DNA of 51,419 nt from a virus (Duplodnaviria > Caudoviricetes), in IMG/VR virus record IMGVR_UViG_3300033150_001155, positions 1-51,419 of that record; one strand, written 5' to 3'. The position numbers and the translations under genes were made by a program. Below the pieces are notes generated by a model. It did not search any database and was not told the DNA's origin. It worked only from the letters and a program-made list of their open reading frames with translations. Positions 26,081 to 35,702 of this stretch are shown one piece after another. Every line of letters begins with the position of its first letter. The stretch's first letter is position 1.

Positions 26081-28516
26081 TTATTGATACCTGTTTATCA
26101 CCCTTGTTATATCATGCTTTTTATGGAAATAATCCGAGGCAATAGAGCGACGAAAGAAATTATATTCCGTGTCGTGGCGTGATTTTGTATGCATTGCCTG
26201 GGCTCCGAGGCAGGCAACTGCGCGCCATTTCGTCTCTTTTAATCTCAGAAAAAAATCCATGTGCTCGTATTCTATCCTTATTTGCTCATCCCACATAATA
26301 TCGTTGAAAATCTGCCTTTTGGCAAGAAAAAAATTAACAACCTGATCAGCATAGATATATTTCGTACCGTTCCGGCTGTGATATTTCTTCTCAGTAGGGT
26401 AGCGATACAGGAGTCCCCGGTCTTTCTCCAACCGAAGTCCTTTCGTATATTCCGGCCCTCCCCACGGCTCGCCGTTTTCATGAAACAACTGGCCGGCGAC
26501 AAGCCCTATGTCATCCGCACTTTCAAGAACGGCCATCATCTTCTTTACCGAATCAGAATCAACAAGCTGAATGTCATCATCCATCATTAGGACATATTCT
26601 TCCGTGATCTCTTTTATGATAGCATTCCGGCCAATTGATATTCCCGAATTAAAAGGCAATTCCGGCGTCTTTATCACACGATGACCTCTATGCTCAAGCT
26701 TGTAATACCGATAGGCTTTATCATCTGTAATCTTTGAATCATCGGCGACATATATTCTATAGGGAAAGGGCATGTATTTTTCAATTGAATCAAGTGTCTT
26801 AAAAAGGCATTCTTCGCGCATAAAGGTTTTAATCGCAACGGCAACAGTCTTTATCCCCGCTTTTGTGACGGCTTTTTGTAGAACATCATCTCCTCCACCT
26901 ATAGTAACGATGCCTATTTTCATCGGATTCGGCTTTCCCCACTCTTTATGCCAAGAACTCCAGATATGCTCAATACTCCATTTTTTTGAAAAAACATCAA
27001 ACCCATGTTCGCGTAATCGATATCGGCTATATTCTGGATCATATAGTGTCTGTTCATGAGCGATGACGCATTCATCAGTATAGGCAGTCTTCCAATCGCT
27101 TTTTTTCTTGAGCGCATAGAAAAAATCCTCGTGTTCCGGCGCGGTTTTCATCTGGGAATCCCATTTAATGTCTGTCCAAACATCACGGCGCATCATGAAA
27201 ATATTAAGTACAATATCAGCATAGGCATATCGAACGCCATCCCTTATTTCCCACCCGAATTTATCTATTTTTTCTATATGGAAAGTACTGCCCTTTGTAT
27301 ATAGCCATGCCTCATAATTCTGAACGGTCTGATTTGACCCGCGACCACGGACAATCTGACATCCAACAACACCGATATTGCTTCGCCGAATAAGTATCTC
27401 ACGTAGAACATCAAGGCGCGTCTCTGGCCTGAATACTACATCATCCTCAATAATCATGATATATTTGTATTTTTTCGGTATCTTCTCAAAACACTTGTTC
27501 CGCGTTGCGGTAACCCCACAATCAAACGGCATTAGATAATGGATGCAATTATTTTTCTTGAGGAATGCTGTTTTCTCTGCATTCTCTTTCCCGTTGTCAC
27601 CGACAAATATTGCAATATCAGGATAAATCGCCCGAATAGACTTTACTGCTCGGAATAGGTTCTTATCTCTTAGGAATGTCGTAATCAGAATTGCCGTATC
27701 AGAGAGAGTCGGTAACTTTTTCGCCGGCGTCGGCGTCAATCCTATCTCTTTTTTCGTGGCCTCGCCCCATCCTTTCTCATTTCGGACAATAGGAAGGAGT
27801 TTCTTCTCTGTCATTGAGAGTCGTGTTCTATTTGCGCGCACACAAAAAGCCATATGTGTCCTATTTATTATTGAATGCCACTGATGGTAGAAGGTTGCCT
27901 CCCTCTCAAGTGAATAGTTCTCAAGTCCATCTTGCATCGCTCTGAGATAAAAATCTGTATCATCTGCTCCCCATCCCTCATATTCTTCATCAAATCCATG
28001 AACCTTTTCTGCCCACACCTTCGGGAATGCTTGACATCCGCCGTATCCATGCTCGGGACGGAGGTTTGAGACTTTCTTCATCCAGTCAAAATCATCAAGC
28101 GTACCATCATAATCTTGAGGAAGATCGCTGATCCGGCAATGAATGATCCTGTCCTTCTTGCATCGTCTTATCACCGTTGCCATGAAATCAGGCTCAAATA
28201 CACAATCAACATCTGTCGTCATTACATAATTTGCCTTCGCCTTCCTGATCCCAATATTCCGTGCCCGTGAAATATTCCATATTCTTCCTGTCTCTGTATA
28301 TATGTATTTGGCACCGAAACGACGGCATAAATCAGCATGCTTCTTTCTGTAGGCCAGATCGCTATCTATATCTGAAACAATAATCTCTATTCGATCTCTC
28401 ACCGTCTGCCGTTTCAGGCTTTCAAGGAAATCCTTGAGTCGTGATACCTCCCGATGATAACTTTTCGTATTTTTCAACGGCAGGATCACGGAAAGAGACG
28501 GTTTCTTTTTCGGCAT
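26081..28516 (-). CDS. Triple-domain GT-A (GT2-like) glycosyltransferase
   Basis: Three GT-A units: SVILP..TTDVD..GFDEEYEGWGADD; AILITTFLR..IIEDD..EHEDFF; AVAIKTFMR..MMDDD..EHMDFF. Confidence 0.9.
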   Translation of the reverse strand: MPKKKPSLSVILPLKNTKSYHREVSRLKDFLESLKRQTVRDRIEIIVSDIDSDLAYRKKHADLCRRFGAKYIYTETGRIWNISRARNIGIRKAKANYVMTTDVDCVFEPDFMATVIRRCKKDRIIHCRISDLPQDYDGTLDDFDWMKKVSNLRPEHGYGGCQAFPKVWAEKVHGFDEEYEGWGADDTDFYLRAMQDGLENYSLEREATFYHQWHSIINRTHMAFCVRANRTRLSMTEKKLLPIVRNEKGWGEATKKEIGLTPTPAKKLPTLSDTAILITTFLRDKNLFRAVKSIRAIYPDIAIFVGDNGKENAEKTAFLKKNNCIHYLMPFDCGVTATRNKCFEKIPKKYKYIMIIEDDVVFRPETRLDVLREILIRRSNIGVVGCQIVRGRGSNQTVQNYEAWLYTKGSTFHIEKIDKFGWEIRDGVRYAYADIVLNIFMMRRDVWTDIKWDSQMKTAPEHEDFFYALKKKSDWKTAYTDECVIAHEQTLYDPEYSRYRLREHGFDVFSKKWSIEHIWSSWHKEWGKPNPMKIGIVTIGGGDDVLQKAVTKAGIKTVAVAIKTFMREECLFKTLDSIEKYMPFPYRIYVADDSKITDDKAYRYYKLEHRGHRVIKTPELPFNSGISIGRNAIIKEITEEYVLMMDDDIQLVDSDSVKKMMAVLESADDIGLVAGQLFHENGEPWGGPEYTKGLRLEKDRGLLYRYPTEKKYHSRNGTKYIYADQVVNFFLAKRQIFNDIMWDEQIRIEYEHMDFFLRLKETKWRAVACLGAQAMHTKSRHDTEYNFFRRSIASDYFHKKHDITRVINRYQ

Positions 28517-28518
28517 TA

Positions 28519-28728
28519 TTATTCTTCTGGAAGATATAAATCAAAATAAGCTTGATGGAGAATATGCTCAATTTGTATATATGATATGCCATCAAGATCA
28601 ATACTTTTAAGAAAAGACAGCATTAATTCATATAGAGGATGATCCCTTAATTCCTCAATTATTTTGCTATCTGTAGCAAATCCATGATTACCATAACCAT
28701 CTTCTTCAATTTTGTGATAAACATGCAT
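28519..28728 (-). CDS. Small hypothetical protein
   Basis: AAGGAG SD; 69 aa; AT-rich. Confidence 0.55.
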   Translation of the reverse strand: MHVYHKIEEDGYGNHGFATDSKIIEELRDHPLYELMLSFLKSIDLDGISYIQIEHILHQAYFDLYLPEE

Positions 28729-28751
28729 TGTAATCTCCTTAATTAAAATTT

Positions 28752-29462
28752 TTATTTATCTTCAAATACCCATTCTATACCTTGCGCATCCCATTTCTTA
28801 TTGAGATCTGAGATAATCTCCAAATAGCGATCAGAAACGGGCGCGCCCGCTTTGTTTTCATTCTTCCTCAATGGTGGAAGCTCATCTATGTCTTTGTATT
28901 CAATCCCGAAGTGATTGAACATCTTTCGATATTCATCAATATCTTCAATCCTTCGAAAATCAAAATCATAGGTCTTGGCAAATACAGATTTAAGCTGAAA
29001 AAACCGCTCTCTGACCTCATACCAGTTCCACATAATCGCCTCAAGATATGTCATCCCCTCCTCGCACCGTAGATAATTCCGCTTCCAATGAGGCTGAAGA
29101 AGCCAATCCCAACCGAGCTTCCAACCTCGCTCCGCATGGCTAAGGAACGTATCCAGAGGATTCCGATGTAAATATATGACGTAAAGATCATCGAATCTAT
29201 CAATAAACTCCCATCCAAACGACTTAATGAACATATTATTTGCTTCAAAATAGCCGTCTTGATAGCATTCAACTTTCGCGATTTTCTCTTCAATTATCTT
29301 TCGGCTTTCACTACTCATACTAAAATTGTTTATATCTTTCGATGTTTGGCCGATACAATAAGGCGCATTCTCATGGAAAGACGGAATATCAGTCATCAAA
29401 GAGAATACGTCCGTCATAAAACGAGTACCACATCTGCCAGTTGAGGCAACAAAGATTCTCAT
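28752..29462 (-). CDS. Sulfotransferase-fold protein
   Basis: 5'-PSB-like STGRCGT loop and 3'-PB-like IYLHRNPLDTFLS. Confidence 0.75.
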   Translation of the reverse strand: MRIFVASTGRCGTRFMTDVFSLMTDIPSFHENAPYCIGQTSKDINNFSMSSESRKIIEEKIAKVECYQDGYFEANNMFIKSFGWEFIDRFDDLYVIYLHRNPLDTFLSHAERGWKLGWDWLLQPHWKRNYLRCEEGMTYLEAIMWNWYEVRERFFQLKSVFAKTYDFDFRRIEDIDEYRKMFNHFGIEYKDIDELPPLRKNENKAGAPVSDRYLEIISDLNKKWDAQGIEWVFEDK

Positions 29463-29463
29463 A

Positions 29464-29649
29464 TCACTTTTTATGTATTGATGGAATTGACTTTATCCAT
29501 ACTTTTTTATTCCAAGGCAATTTTAAAAATAAAATAAACCATTTATATTTTGTTCCAATCCATGCTCTATAAATTCCGATCCTCCAATTAAATAAATTAA
29601 AATCCATATACCTTTTTGTATGTATCGTTGCTTTTATATTGGCCATCAT
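29464..29649 (-). CDS. Small basic/aromatic hypothetical protein
   Basis: AT-rich ORF filling the gap; ATGA overlap with the upstream stop. Confidence 0.4.
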   Translation of the reverse strand: MMANIKATIHTKRYMDFNLFNWRIGIYRAWIGTKYKWFILFLKLPWNKKVWIKSIPSIHKK

Positions 29650-30920
29650 CCTGCCCTCCAAACGCTTGTCACCCGTGCACCCTTACCGTCGTTAAAATCT
29701 TTTCTCTCCCATCCTCTTGAATTGAGGCGGTCAATCCCCGTCTTGTAAAGCTCTTTCCGCTGCGAATCATCAAGGACGATAAGGCCACCCTTCCGTATAT
29801 GCTTTATAGCCGTATCAACAAAATCCTCTCTACCTTGAGTTTCCCCGTCAATGAGGATGATATCATATTTCCCATTGAGATCCCGAAGCCCCGCTTTCGG
29901 ATAATCAGGATCATATCTGAGGTCAATTCCATTCATGCCCGAAAGCTCAAGCTCATCTTTAACAATATTATACCAAACCTCATTAGATTCAAAGGAAGTA
30001 AGCAAAGGCGTTCGGGAGGCAAACCAGATTGTCGATGATCCCGCTCCGATCTCAAGTATGCGGGAATCACCATTAAGCCGTTCCTCCATCATTCGAATCG
30101 CTCCGCTTTCAATCCACGGAAGACCACCGTTCAACAACATCATGTCACGACACCGCATATAATCTCGGAAACGCATAGTCTGGTCAGCATGTCGTTTTGT
30201 GATCCCCAGTATCTCTTGTACCAGTGGCTGTTGATAGAGCTTTGCCTTCTCCTGCAAATATTCTTCAAGTTTATATCCATCCAATTCTTGTATTGTGTGC
30301 GCAGGGTCATTTTCGCGAAACCGCGTTCCATACCAATGATGATAGATTGTGGGTTGACCTTTGATATGGATTTCATCTCCCATCAATCCGTATTTCTTTG
30401 CCCCCTTCTCAAGACGATGAACCTTGTCGCCAAGCCTGATAATATCCCAGTATGCTTTTTGGGCCGTATCTGTCGAATGAGGCGGAACATGCTTGAATGA
30501 TATGCCGTTCTTGATGATAAATTCTTTCTCATAGAACATGAGCGGAGGGTGGAGCGGTTTATGCACTGGGCCGAGACAGCCGATAAGTTTAATTTTTGGA
30601 TCGCTGTTGTATATGTCAAATAAATCCTCCGCCCATCCCGGACGCATGATATGAGAATCAACGTCCAGAAAACAGACAAAGCGAGAGCCAGCCAACGCCG
30701 TCCCCGTATCCATTGCAGCCCCATGCCCCCGATTCTCTTTCACTTTGATGAGGTTCACATCATCCTGCGCCTCAAGCCATAGGAGATTGTTGAACAGCGA
30801 ACCGTTATCAACGACGGCGACCTCATAAGCCATTGTCGTGAATTTTCGTACAGAGCAGATGAGAAGCTTCGCCCATTCAGGCGAGTTTATAGAGGCCGTG
30901 ATGATAGTCAGGCTCGGCAT
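29646..30920 (-). CDS. GT2 glycosyltransferase fused to a class I SAM-dependent methyltransferase
   Basis: VVDNGS, NRGHG, FLDVD, then ILEIGAGSST, YDIILIDG, GGLIVLDDS. Confidence 0.88.
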   Translation of the reverse strand: MPSLTIITASINSPEWAKLLICSVRKFTTMAYEVAVVDNGSLFNNLLWLEAQDDVNLIKVKENRGHGAAMDTGTALAGSRFVCFLDVDSHIMRPGWAEDLFDIYNSDPKIKLIGCLGPVHKPLHPPLMFYEKEFIIKNGISFKHVPPHSTDTAQKAYWDIIRLGDKVHRLEKGAKKYGLMGDEIHIKGQPTIYHHWYGTRFRENDPAHTIQELDGYKLEEYLQEKAKLYQQPLVQEILGITKRHADQTMRFRDYMRCRDMMLLNGGLPWIESGAIRMMEERLNGDSRILEIGAGSSTIWFASRTPLLTSFESNEVWYNIVKDELELSGMNGIDLRYDPDYPKAGLRDLNGKYDIILIDGETQGREDFVDTAIKHIRKGGLIVLDDSQRKELYKTGIDRLNSRGWERKDFNDGKGARVTSVWRAG

Positions 30921-31756
30921 CGCAATGCTCCTAAATGTGATTTGATCTCTGCAAATTTCTTGCGCGCTTGTTTGGAATCGTATCCGTCCCCTTCGGTATT
31001 TGCCAAGTTACCGACAATGGCACCATGACCGAAATGATGATATGCCATTCGAAGTTGCGAAGTAAGCCCAATGACCCGGTAATCTTTCGGATTATCATAT
31101 GTCACCTTGAGCCAGAGCTTAGCTCCGACGTCATTTGAAACGACATCCGACCTCCATCTTTTCCGGTCAATCCGTCCGGCATGTTCAAGCTCAAGAAAAT
31201 AAGAGTTTTTCTCTGGAGGCAAAAGATCGGCGAAAAGTGATCGATAGGGTTCATGGCTTGCATCTTCAACCGTATTCCGCCAGTCAATTATCATCCCGTC
31301 TTTATATGACCGCATGTCAAGAAATCCGAACCAAAAATGATAGATCGGCGTCCTGAATCCTTTCCAAGTATAGCCCTTCTGTTTTGTATCAACTATTGCC
31401 AGCAGATTCTTCTCTGATTCCGCAAGGGACACAAATGTAGATAACCATCCTTTTGTCCTGATGAATGTATCGCAGTCAAGGATTACCGCATAATCCGTAT
31501 GACAGAGATCGTTTACAAGAACGTTGAGAGACCCTCCGTGGGTAAGGGGAGGGCCATAATTTTCAACAAGAGTAAGCCAACCAGCCTCTTGTTTTGCCCT
31601 CAAATATTCAAGGTCAATCCCGTTTTTCGAACAGTCATCAAACACAATCATCTCATATGGATAATGAGTGAGATTCCGCACCGACTCGACGCAGAGTTGT
31701 ATCGCCTCATATGAATCGCGATTTGTGATGAGAATAGAGACTGTTTTCATCCTCAA
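30908..31756 (-). CDS. GT2 glycosyltransferase
   Basis: VSILITN..IVFDDCS..THGGSLN..ILDCD. Confidence 0.85.
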   Translation of the reverse strand: MRMKTVSILITNRDSYEAIQLCVESVRNLTHYPYEMIVFDDCSKNGIDLEYLRAKQEAGWLTLVENYGPPLTHGGSLNVLVNDLCHTDYAVILDCDTFIRTKGWLSTFVSLAESEKNLLAIVDTKQKGYTWKGFRTPIYHFWFGFLDMRSYKDGMIIDWRNTVEDASHEPYRSLFADLLPPEKNSYFLELEHAGRIDRKRWRSDVVSNDVGAKLWLKVTYDNPKDYRVIGLTSQLRMAYHHFGHGAIVGNLANTEGDGYDSKQARKKFAEIKSHLGALRCRA

Positions 31757-32469
31757 GCCCTCAGTTTATAGAGCTCCTCCCGAATAGCTGCCATTTTTTT
31801 CTCTCGGATAAGGATGGTGTTTTTCGCATCGTGTTCGTAATCGGGAGTCGCAATCACTGAAATATGCTCCCAATGTCGGAATTTACGTTTGACCGATTCT
31901 GGCACTGGAACAATCTTATCTTCAAGACCTTTCTCTTTGAGTTTGAGCCAAAATTCACCACCGACCGGGCAATAAACTTCTCTCCCCTCATATTCAATCC
32001 GCTTGTGTCGCCAGTCGCTTTTGAGTCTTTTCCGATATGCCGTCATGTTAAGACACATGAACCAGGATTGAAACCAGTCAGGAAGTGATGGTTGCGCAGA
32101 TCGATATCCTCGTTCAATACCGAATACTCCGATATTAGAGCCGAGAGCATCAACGGTCTCTGAAAGCCATCCGCCCTCAAGAATCTGCACATCATTGTCC
32201 ATTATCAGCGCAACGCTTGTCTTGCATGTGTCGAGGAGAACATTAATGGCATTCCCATGACCGAGTCGTTTTTCCCCTTCAATAAGATTGATCGCTCCCT
32301 TTGCCTTTGCCGATCGGAGATAATAGATATCCTCATCATTGTAGCTTCCGTCATCATAGACAGTTATTTTATATGACGGATATTCCGTGAAGCGGATAAT
32401 TGATTCAATACAGAGCTTTATCATCCCCCAGGCGTTAAAATTCGGAATCAGTATATTTACCTTTTTCAT
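31753..32469 (-). CDS. GT2 glycosyltransferase
   Basis: VNILIPNFN..VYDDGS..GHGNAIN..IMDND. Confidence 0.88.
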   Translation of the reverse strand: MKKVNILIPNFNAWGMIKLCIESIIRFTEYPSYKITVYDDGSYNDEDIYYLRSAKAKGAINLIEGEKRLGHGNAINVLLDTCKTSVALIMDNDVQILEGGWLSETVDALGSNIGVFGIERGYRSAQPSLPDWFQSWFMCLNMTAYRKRLKSDWRHKRIEYEGREVYCPVGGEFWLKLKEKGLEDKIVPVPESVKRKFRHWEHISVIATPDYEHDAKNTILIREKKMAAIREELYKLRA

Positions 32470-33308
32470 TTTTCCTCCCTCAGCTTCAGAAGCCGGAGAC
32501 TGACTGCAGCTTTCGTCTGGATAACATATTCATGTTCCGGGCGATGGGCATTTCGGTCAAGTGAAAGGAATGTCTTGAATTGTCGCCATAAAAAATACTT
32601 CGGCATCTCAAGCATCCGAAGCCCGCTTGGATTTTCATACTCAAGCACTTCCCATAACCGCCATCCAGTATCAAGAAAAACCTGCACAGGTTCGGGGTCG
32701 GGATGCGCAGGAGGCGACATACCGTCAAATTGCTCTTTTCTCCAATATTCATCATAAGGAATGCGCCTTAGATCCCAGAGATCATCAGATGCTATTTTCG
32801 CATAGGCTTTCATGTTGAGAAGCATCCAGTTTGGGATCCACCGAGGCGCAGACCAGCAGTTTTGGAAGTGATTCTCGGCCTTTCTGAGGCGTGCGACTCC
32901 GAGATCGTTTTCATCATGGATCATTGCCATAAGGATCCGAAGCCACTGGCTATCAACGACCTCCGTCCCGGTTGACATCAGCATCGCAAAAGGTGCTCGG
33001 CACTGGCGCAAGAGCACCTTGATATTTTCTCCATGTCCATATTTCAATCGTCCGCTCGGCATTGTATCGGTTATGACGTTTTCAATAAGCTTTATTCGCC
33101 CCGCCTCGGCCATACCACGGAGATATTCAAGCCGATTTCCGTCCCCCTTGCCTTCGGAATTATCGCAAACCATCAGAGAAAAGGAAGGATAATCCGTTCG
33201 CTTAAGAATTGATTCTATAGTGAGGCATACAGCATCCCAGCTTGTTCTGTTCGGAAGAAGAATTTCAACGTGCTTTTTATCCAGCATTTTGTCATTCCCG
33301 ATATTCAT
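32466..33308 (-). CDS. GT2-like glycosyltransferase (DxD motif degenerate)
   Basis: VEILLPN..VCDNS..GHGEN; LMSTG occupies the position of the paralogues' DxD. Confidence 0.75.
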   Translation of the reverse strand: MNIGNDKMLDKKHVEILLPNRTSWDAVCLTIESILKRTDYPSFSLMVCDNSEGKGDGNRLEYLRGMAEAGRIKLIENVITDTMPSGRLKYGHGENIKVLLRQCRAPFAMLMSTGTEVVDSQWLRILMAMIHDENDLGVARLRKAENHFQNCWSAPRWIPNWMLLNMKAYAKIASDDLWDLRRIPYDEYWRKEQFDGMSPPAHPDPEPVQVFLDTGWRLWEVLEYENPSGLRMLEMPKYFLWRQFKTFLSLDRNAHRPEHEYVIQTKAAVSLRLLKLREEK

Positions 33309-33837
33309 CCTTAAGTATTGACATCACAATATAATCTTTCCACCGACCATCGCGGAATACGGATTTTCGGAGCCTTCCTTCTTCATGAAATCCGATCCTC
33401 CGATAGAGTCTCAATGCAACCTCATTATCCTCAAGGACACAAAGCCAAAGGCGGTGCATATTCCAATGATCAAAACAGAATTTTAATAGTGCCCTAAATG
33501 CCCGTGTCCCCAAACCCTTCCCCCGCTTCTCGGGTACAATGTCCAACCCTACACGCACAGAACGATTATTCATATCAATCTGATCCATACGGATAAACCC
33601 GCAGAAATCGCCTTCAACTGAGATTGGAAAATCCTTCGTCTCCTCAACAATAGAAAAATATAAGCGCGTATGGTCATCAAGCAGACCTTCAAACCACCGT
33701 TCCTGTTGCCTCTCGTTTATTTGAGTGACATCTGTGAGATAAATCCATGTTGACGGATCGTTCCTGATGCATCGGATATGCTCAATATCCTCCCTCTCAA
33801 CGGGACGGAATCCAAGCCCATCATGCCAGAACATCAT
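33292..33837 (-). CDS. GNAT N-acetyltransferase (PseH/RimL-like)
   Basis: RGKGLG acetyl-CoA motif, N..ALRLYRRIGF, EGRLR; adjacent to the aminotransferase. Confidence 0.88.
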   Translation of the reverse strand: MMFWHDGLGFRPVEREDIEHIRCIRNDPSTWIYLTDVTQINERQQERWFEGLLDDHTRLYFSIVEETKDFPISVEGDFCGFIRMDQIDMNNRSVRVGLDIVPEKRGKGLGTRAFRALLKFCFDHWNMHRLWLCVLEDNEVALRLYRRIGFHEEGRLRKSVFRDGRWKDYIVMSILKDEYRE

Positions 33838-34930
33838 ATGCCTCCACCGCATTCATGATCTCTTCTCTCTCTTCTTCACCGACCCACCATCCGACAGGAA
33901 TCGCTACCTGATGCTCGTTGAAATAATCAACACCTTTCAGGCCGTCTGTCCTGAACCGACCGAAACAGGAATGAGTATCGTTCCTTTCGTGTACTCGACT
34001 TGTATGAATCTTCCTGTCCGCCATGAATTTTATGAACCTCTCCCGATCATCGACAATGACCACAAAAAGCCAATATGACGAAAACCGATCATCATCGTAT
34101 AATAAGGGCTTGACTCTCCGTCCCGCCCGATTTGACATTTCGCTGAAATAGAACCGTGCATTATCCCTATGCTTCTTGATCACTCCTTCAACGTGCGCCA
34201 TCTGCTCAATCCCGATCGTTGCCGTCACGTCGTTCATGTGATATTTCCATCCAGCCTCAGCGATGTTTTCAGCACATCGCACCTCGCGCGTTTTGAGTCG
34301 GTCGATACCATACCACCGAAGTAGTCGTCCCCGTTCAAAATCGTCCCTTCGCCTCATGCAAAGTGCTCCACCGTCAACGGTCGTTAATTGCTTGATTGCT
34401 TGGAATGAAAACATTGTGAGGTCTGCGAGTGTACCGACCTTTCGGCTTTTATATTCCGCGCCGAAAGAATGCGCAGCGTCCTCGATCAAAGTAAGATTGT
34501 ATTCCTTGCATAATGCGATAAGCCTATCATAATCGCAAGGATAACCTCCATAATCGACACAAACGATGGCTTTTGTTTTCGGTGTAATCTTCCGTTCAAC
34601 ATCCTCGGGGTCAATATTCCCGTCCTCTGGATTTATATCCGCCCAGACGATTTGGGCACCTGAATGAAGAATCGGCATATTCGTTGCCGTGCAGGTCATC
34701 GGTGTTGAAATCACTTCACAACCTTCTCCGATATCCTCAAGCCTCAGTGCCAGATGAAGTCCTGCCGTACCATTCACAAGAGTCAAGCAGTATTCACACC
34801 CGATGTATTCTTTCAGCATATCCTCAAATTTATCAACCTTTATACCTTGACCGATCCATCCAGAGTGGAGCGTTTCAAGCAATGGCTTATCTACTGACTC
34901 TGGCATGTAAGGTTTGAAAAGCGGTATCAT
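33821..34930 (-). CDS. DegT/DnrJ/EryC1/StrS family nucleotide-sugar aminotransferase
   Basis: MIPLFKP, NGTAGLHLAL, IEDAAHSFG, FSFQAIK (PLP lysine). Confidence 0.93.
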   Translation of the reverse strand: MIPLFKPYMPESVDKPLLETLHSGWIGQGIKVDKFEDMLKEYIGCEYCLTLVNGTAGLHLALRLEDIGEGCEVISTPMTCTATNMPILHSGAQIVWADINPEDGNIDPEDVERKITPKTKAIVCVDYGGYPCDYDRLIALCKEYNLTLIEDAAHSFGAEYKSRKVGTLADLTMFSFQAIKQLTTVDGGALCMRRRDDFERGRLLRWYGIDRLKTREVRCAENIAEAGWKYHMNDVTATIGIEQMAHVEGVIKKHRDNARFYFSEMSNRAGRRVKPLLYDDDRFSSYWLFVVIVDDRERFIKFMADRKIHTSRVHERNDTHSCFGRFRTDGLKGVDYFNEHQVAIPVGWWVGEEEREEIMNAVEAYDVLA

Positions 34931-35370
34931 AATATTTCCTTTTTCATGAGAACGGAGGCAATACTTTTGAGCACTTTGCTTTCATATGTGAGATAGGAAG
35001 GGAAGAGATACGGCCTTGCCCCCATTCGGCTTGATCCAAATTCATTAACAAGGGCATATTTAACATTCGTTCCGACAACGACAACAAACCTTGTCTTCGT
35101 CCCCGCCGGTCTCTTTATTCCATCGCCGGATTTAGCTGGGCCTTGTGTCCTTCCCTCTGCGATATTACTCCAGCTCCAATTTGTCGATATCGACCCCATG
35201 AGCCGACCCGTATCCCAGACTCCCTTTGCCTTCCCCGTCTCCTTTGCCAGCCCTTCAATTCTAAACCCGTTCTTCAGGAGCTCTTTCTTTATAGCTTCTG
35301 TTTTCAATCTAACCAGCTTATCTATCCGCGCCTGAACTTTCGCCACACCAACTACTTTTACTGACATCAC
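34927..35370 (-). CDS. HK97 gp10-like neck/tail component
   Basis: DTGRLMGSI, GTNVKYA..EFGSSRM.ARPYLFP. Confidence 0.88.
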   Translation of the reverse strand: MMSVKVVGVAKVQARIDKLVRLKTEAIKKELLKNGFRIEGLAKETGKAKGVWDTGRLMGSISTNWSWSNIAEGRTQGPAKSGDGIKRPAGTKTRFVVVVGTNVKYALVNEFGSSRMGARPYLFPSYLTYESKVLKSIASVLMKKEIL

Positions 35371-35702
35371 TCGCCTCGTTGGAGCTCGGATACGAATAGC
35401 TCCATTTTCTTGCCCGCCTCACTCCAGTTATTTACAAGCTTAATCTCAAATTCCCGCGAATCAAGCTTGACGATATAGCCCTCTTTGATATTCGCCCTCC
35501 ATTCAAGATATATGACATAATCCGGAAATACAGCTTTTTGATCATATGCCACAATTTCTAACTTTTTCGGCAAATCTTCAAATCTACACGGAACCCGGCG
35601 GTGGAGTATGACATCTGACGATGTATATCCGCCTTGACCATCTGAAGTATAGCTCTGGCGCAGAATCGTGCATTTTGAATCCAGAAGAGACGCAAAACTC
35701 AT
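35367..35702 (-). CDS. Head closure / head-tail adaptor (SPP1 gp16-like)
   Basis: SDGQGG motif; 111 aa; follows the connector gene. Confidence 0.8.
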   Translation of the reverse strand: MSFASLLDSKCTILRQSYTSDGQGGYTSSDVILHRRVPCRFEDLPKKLEIVAYDQKAVFPDYVIYLEWRANIKEGYIVKLDSREFEIKLVNNWSEAGKKMELFVSELQRGE

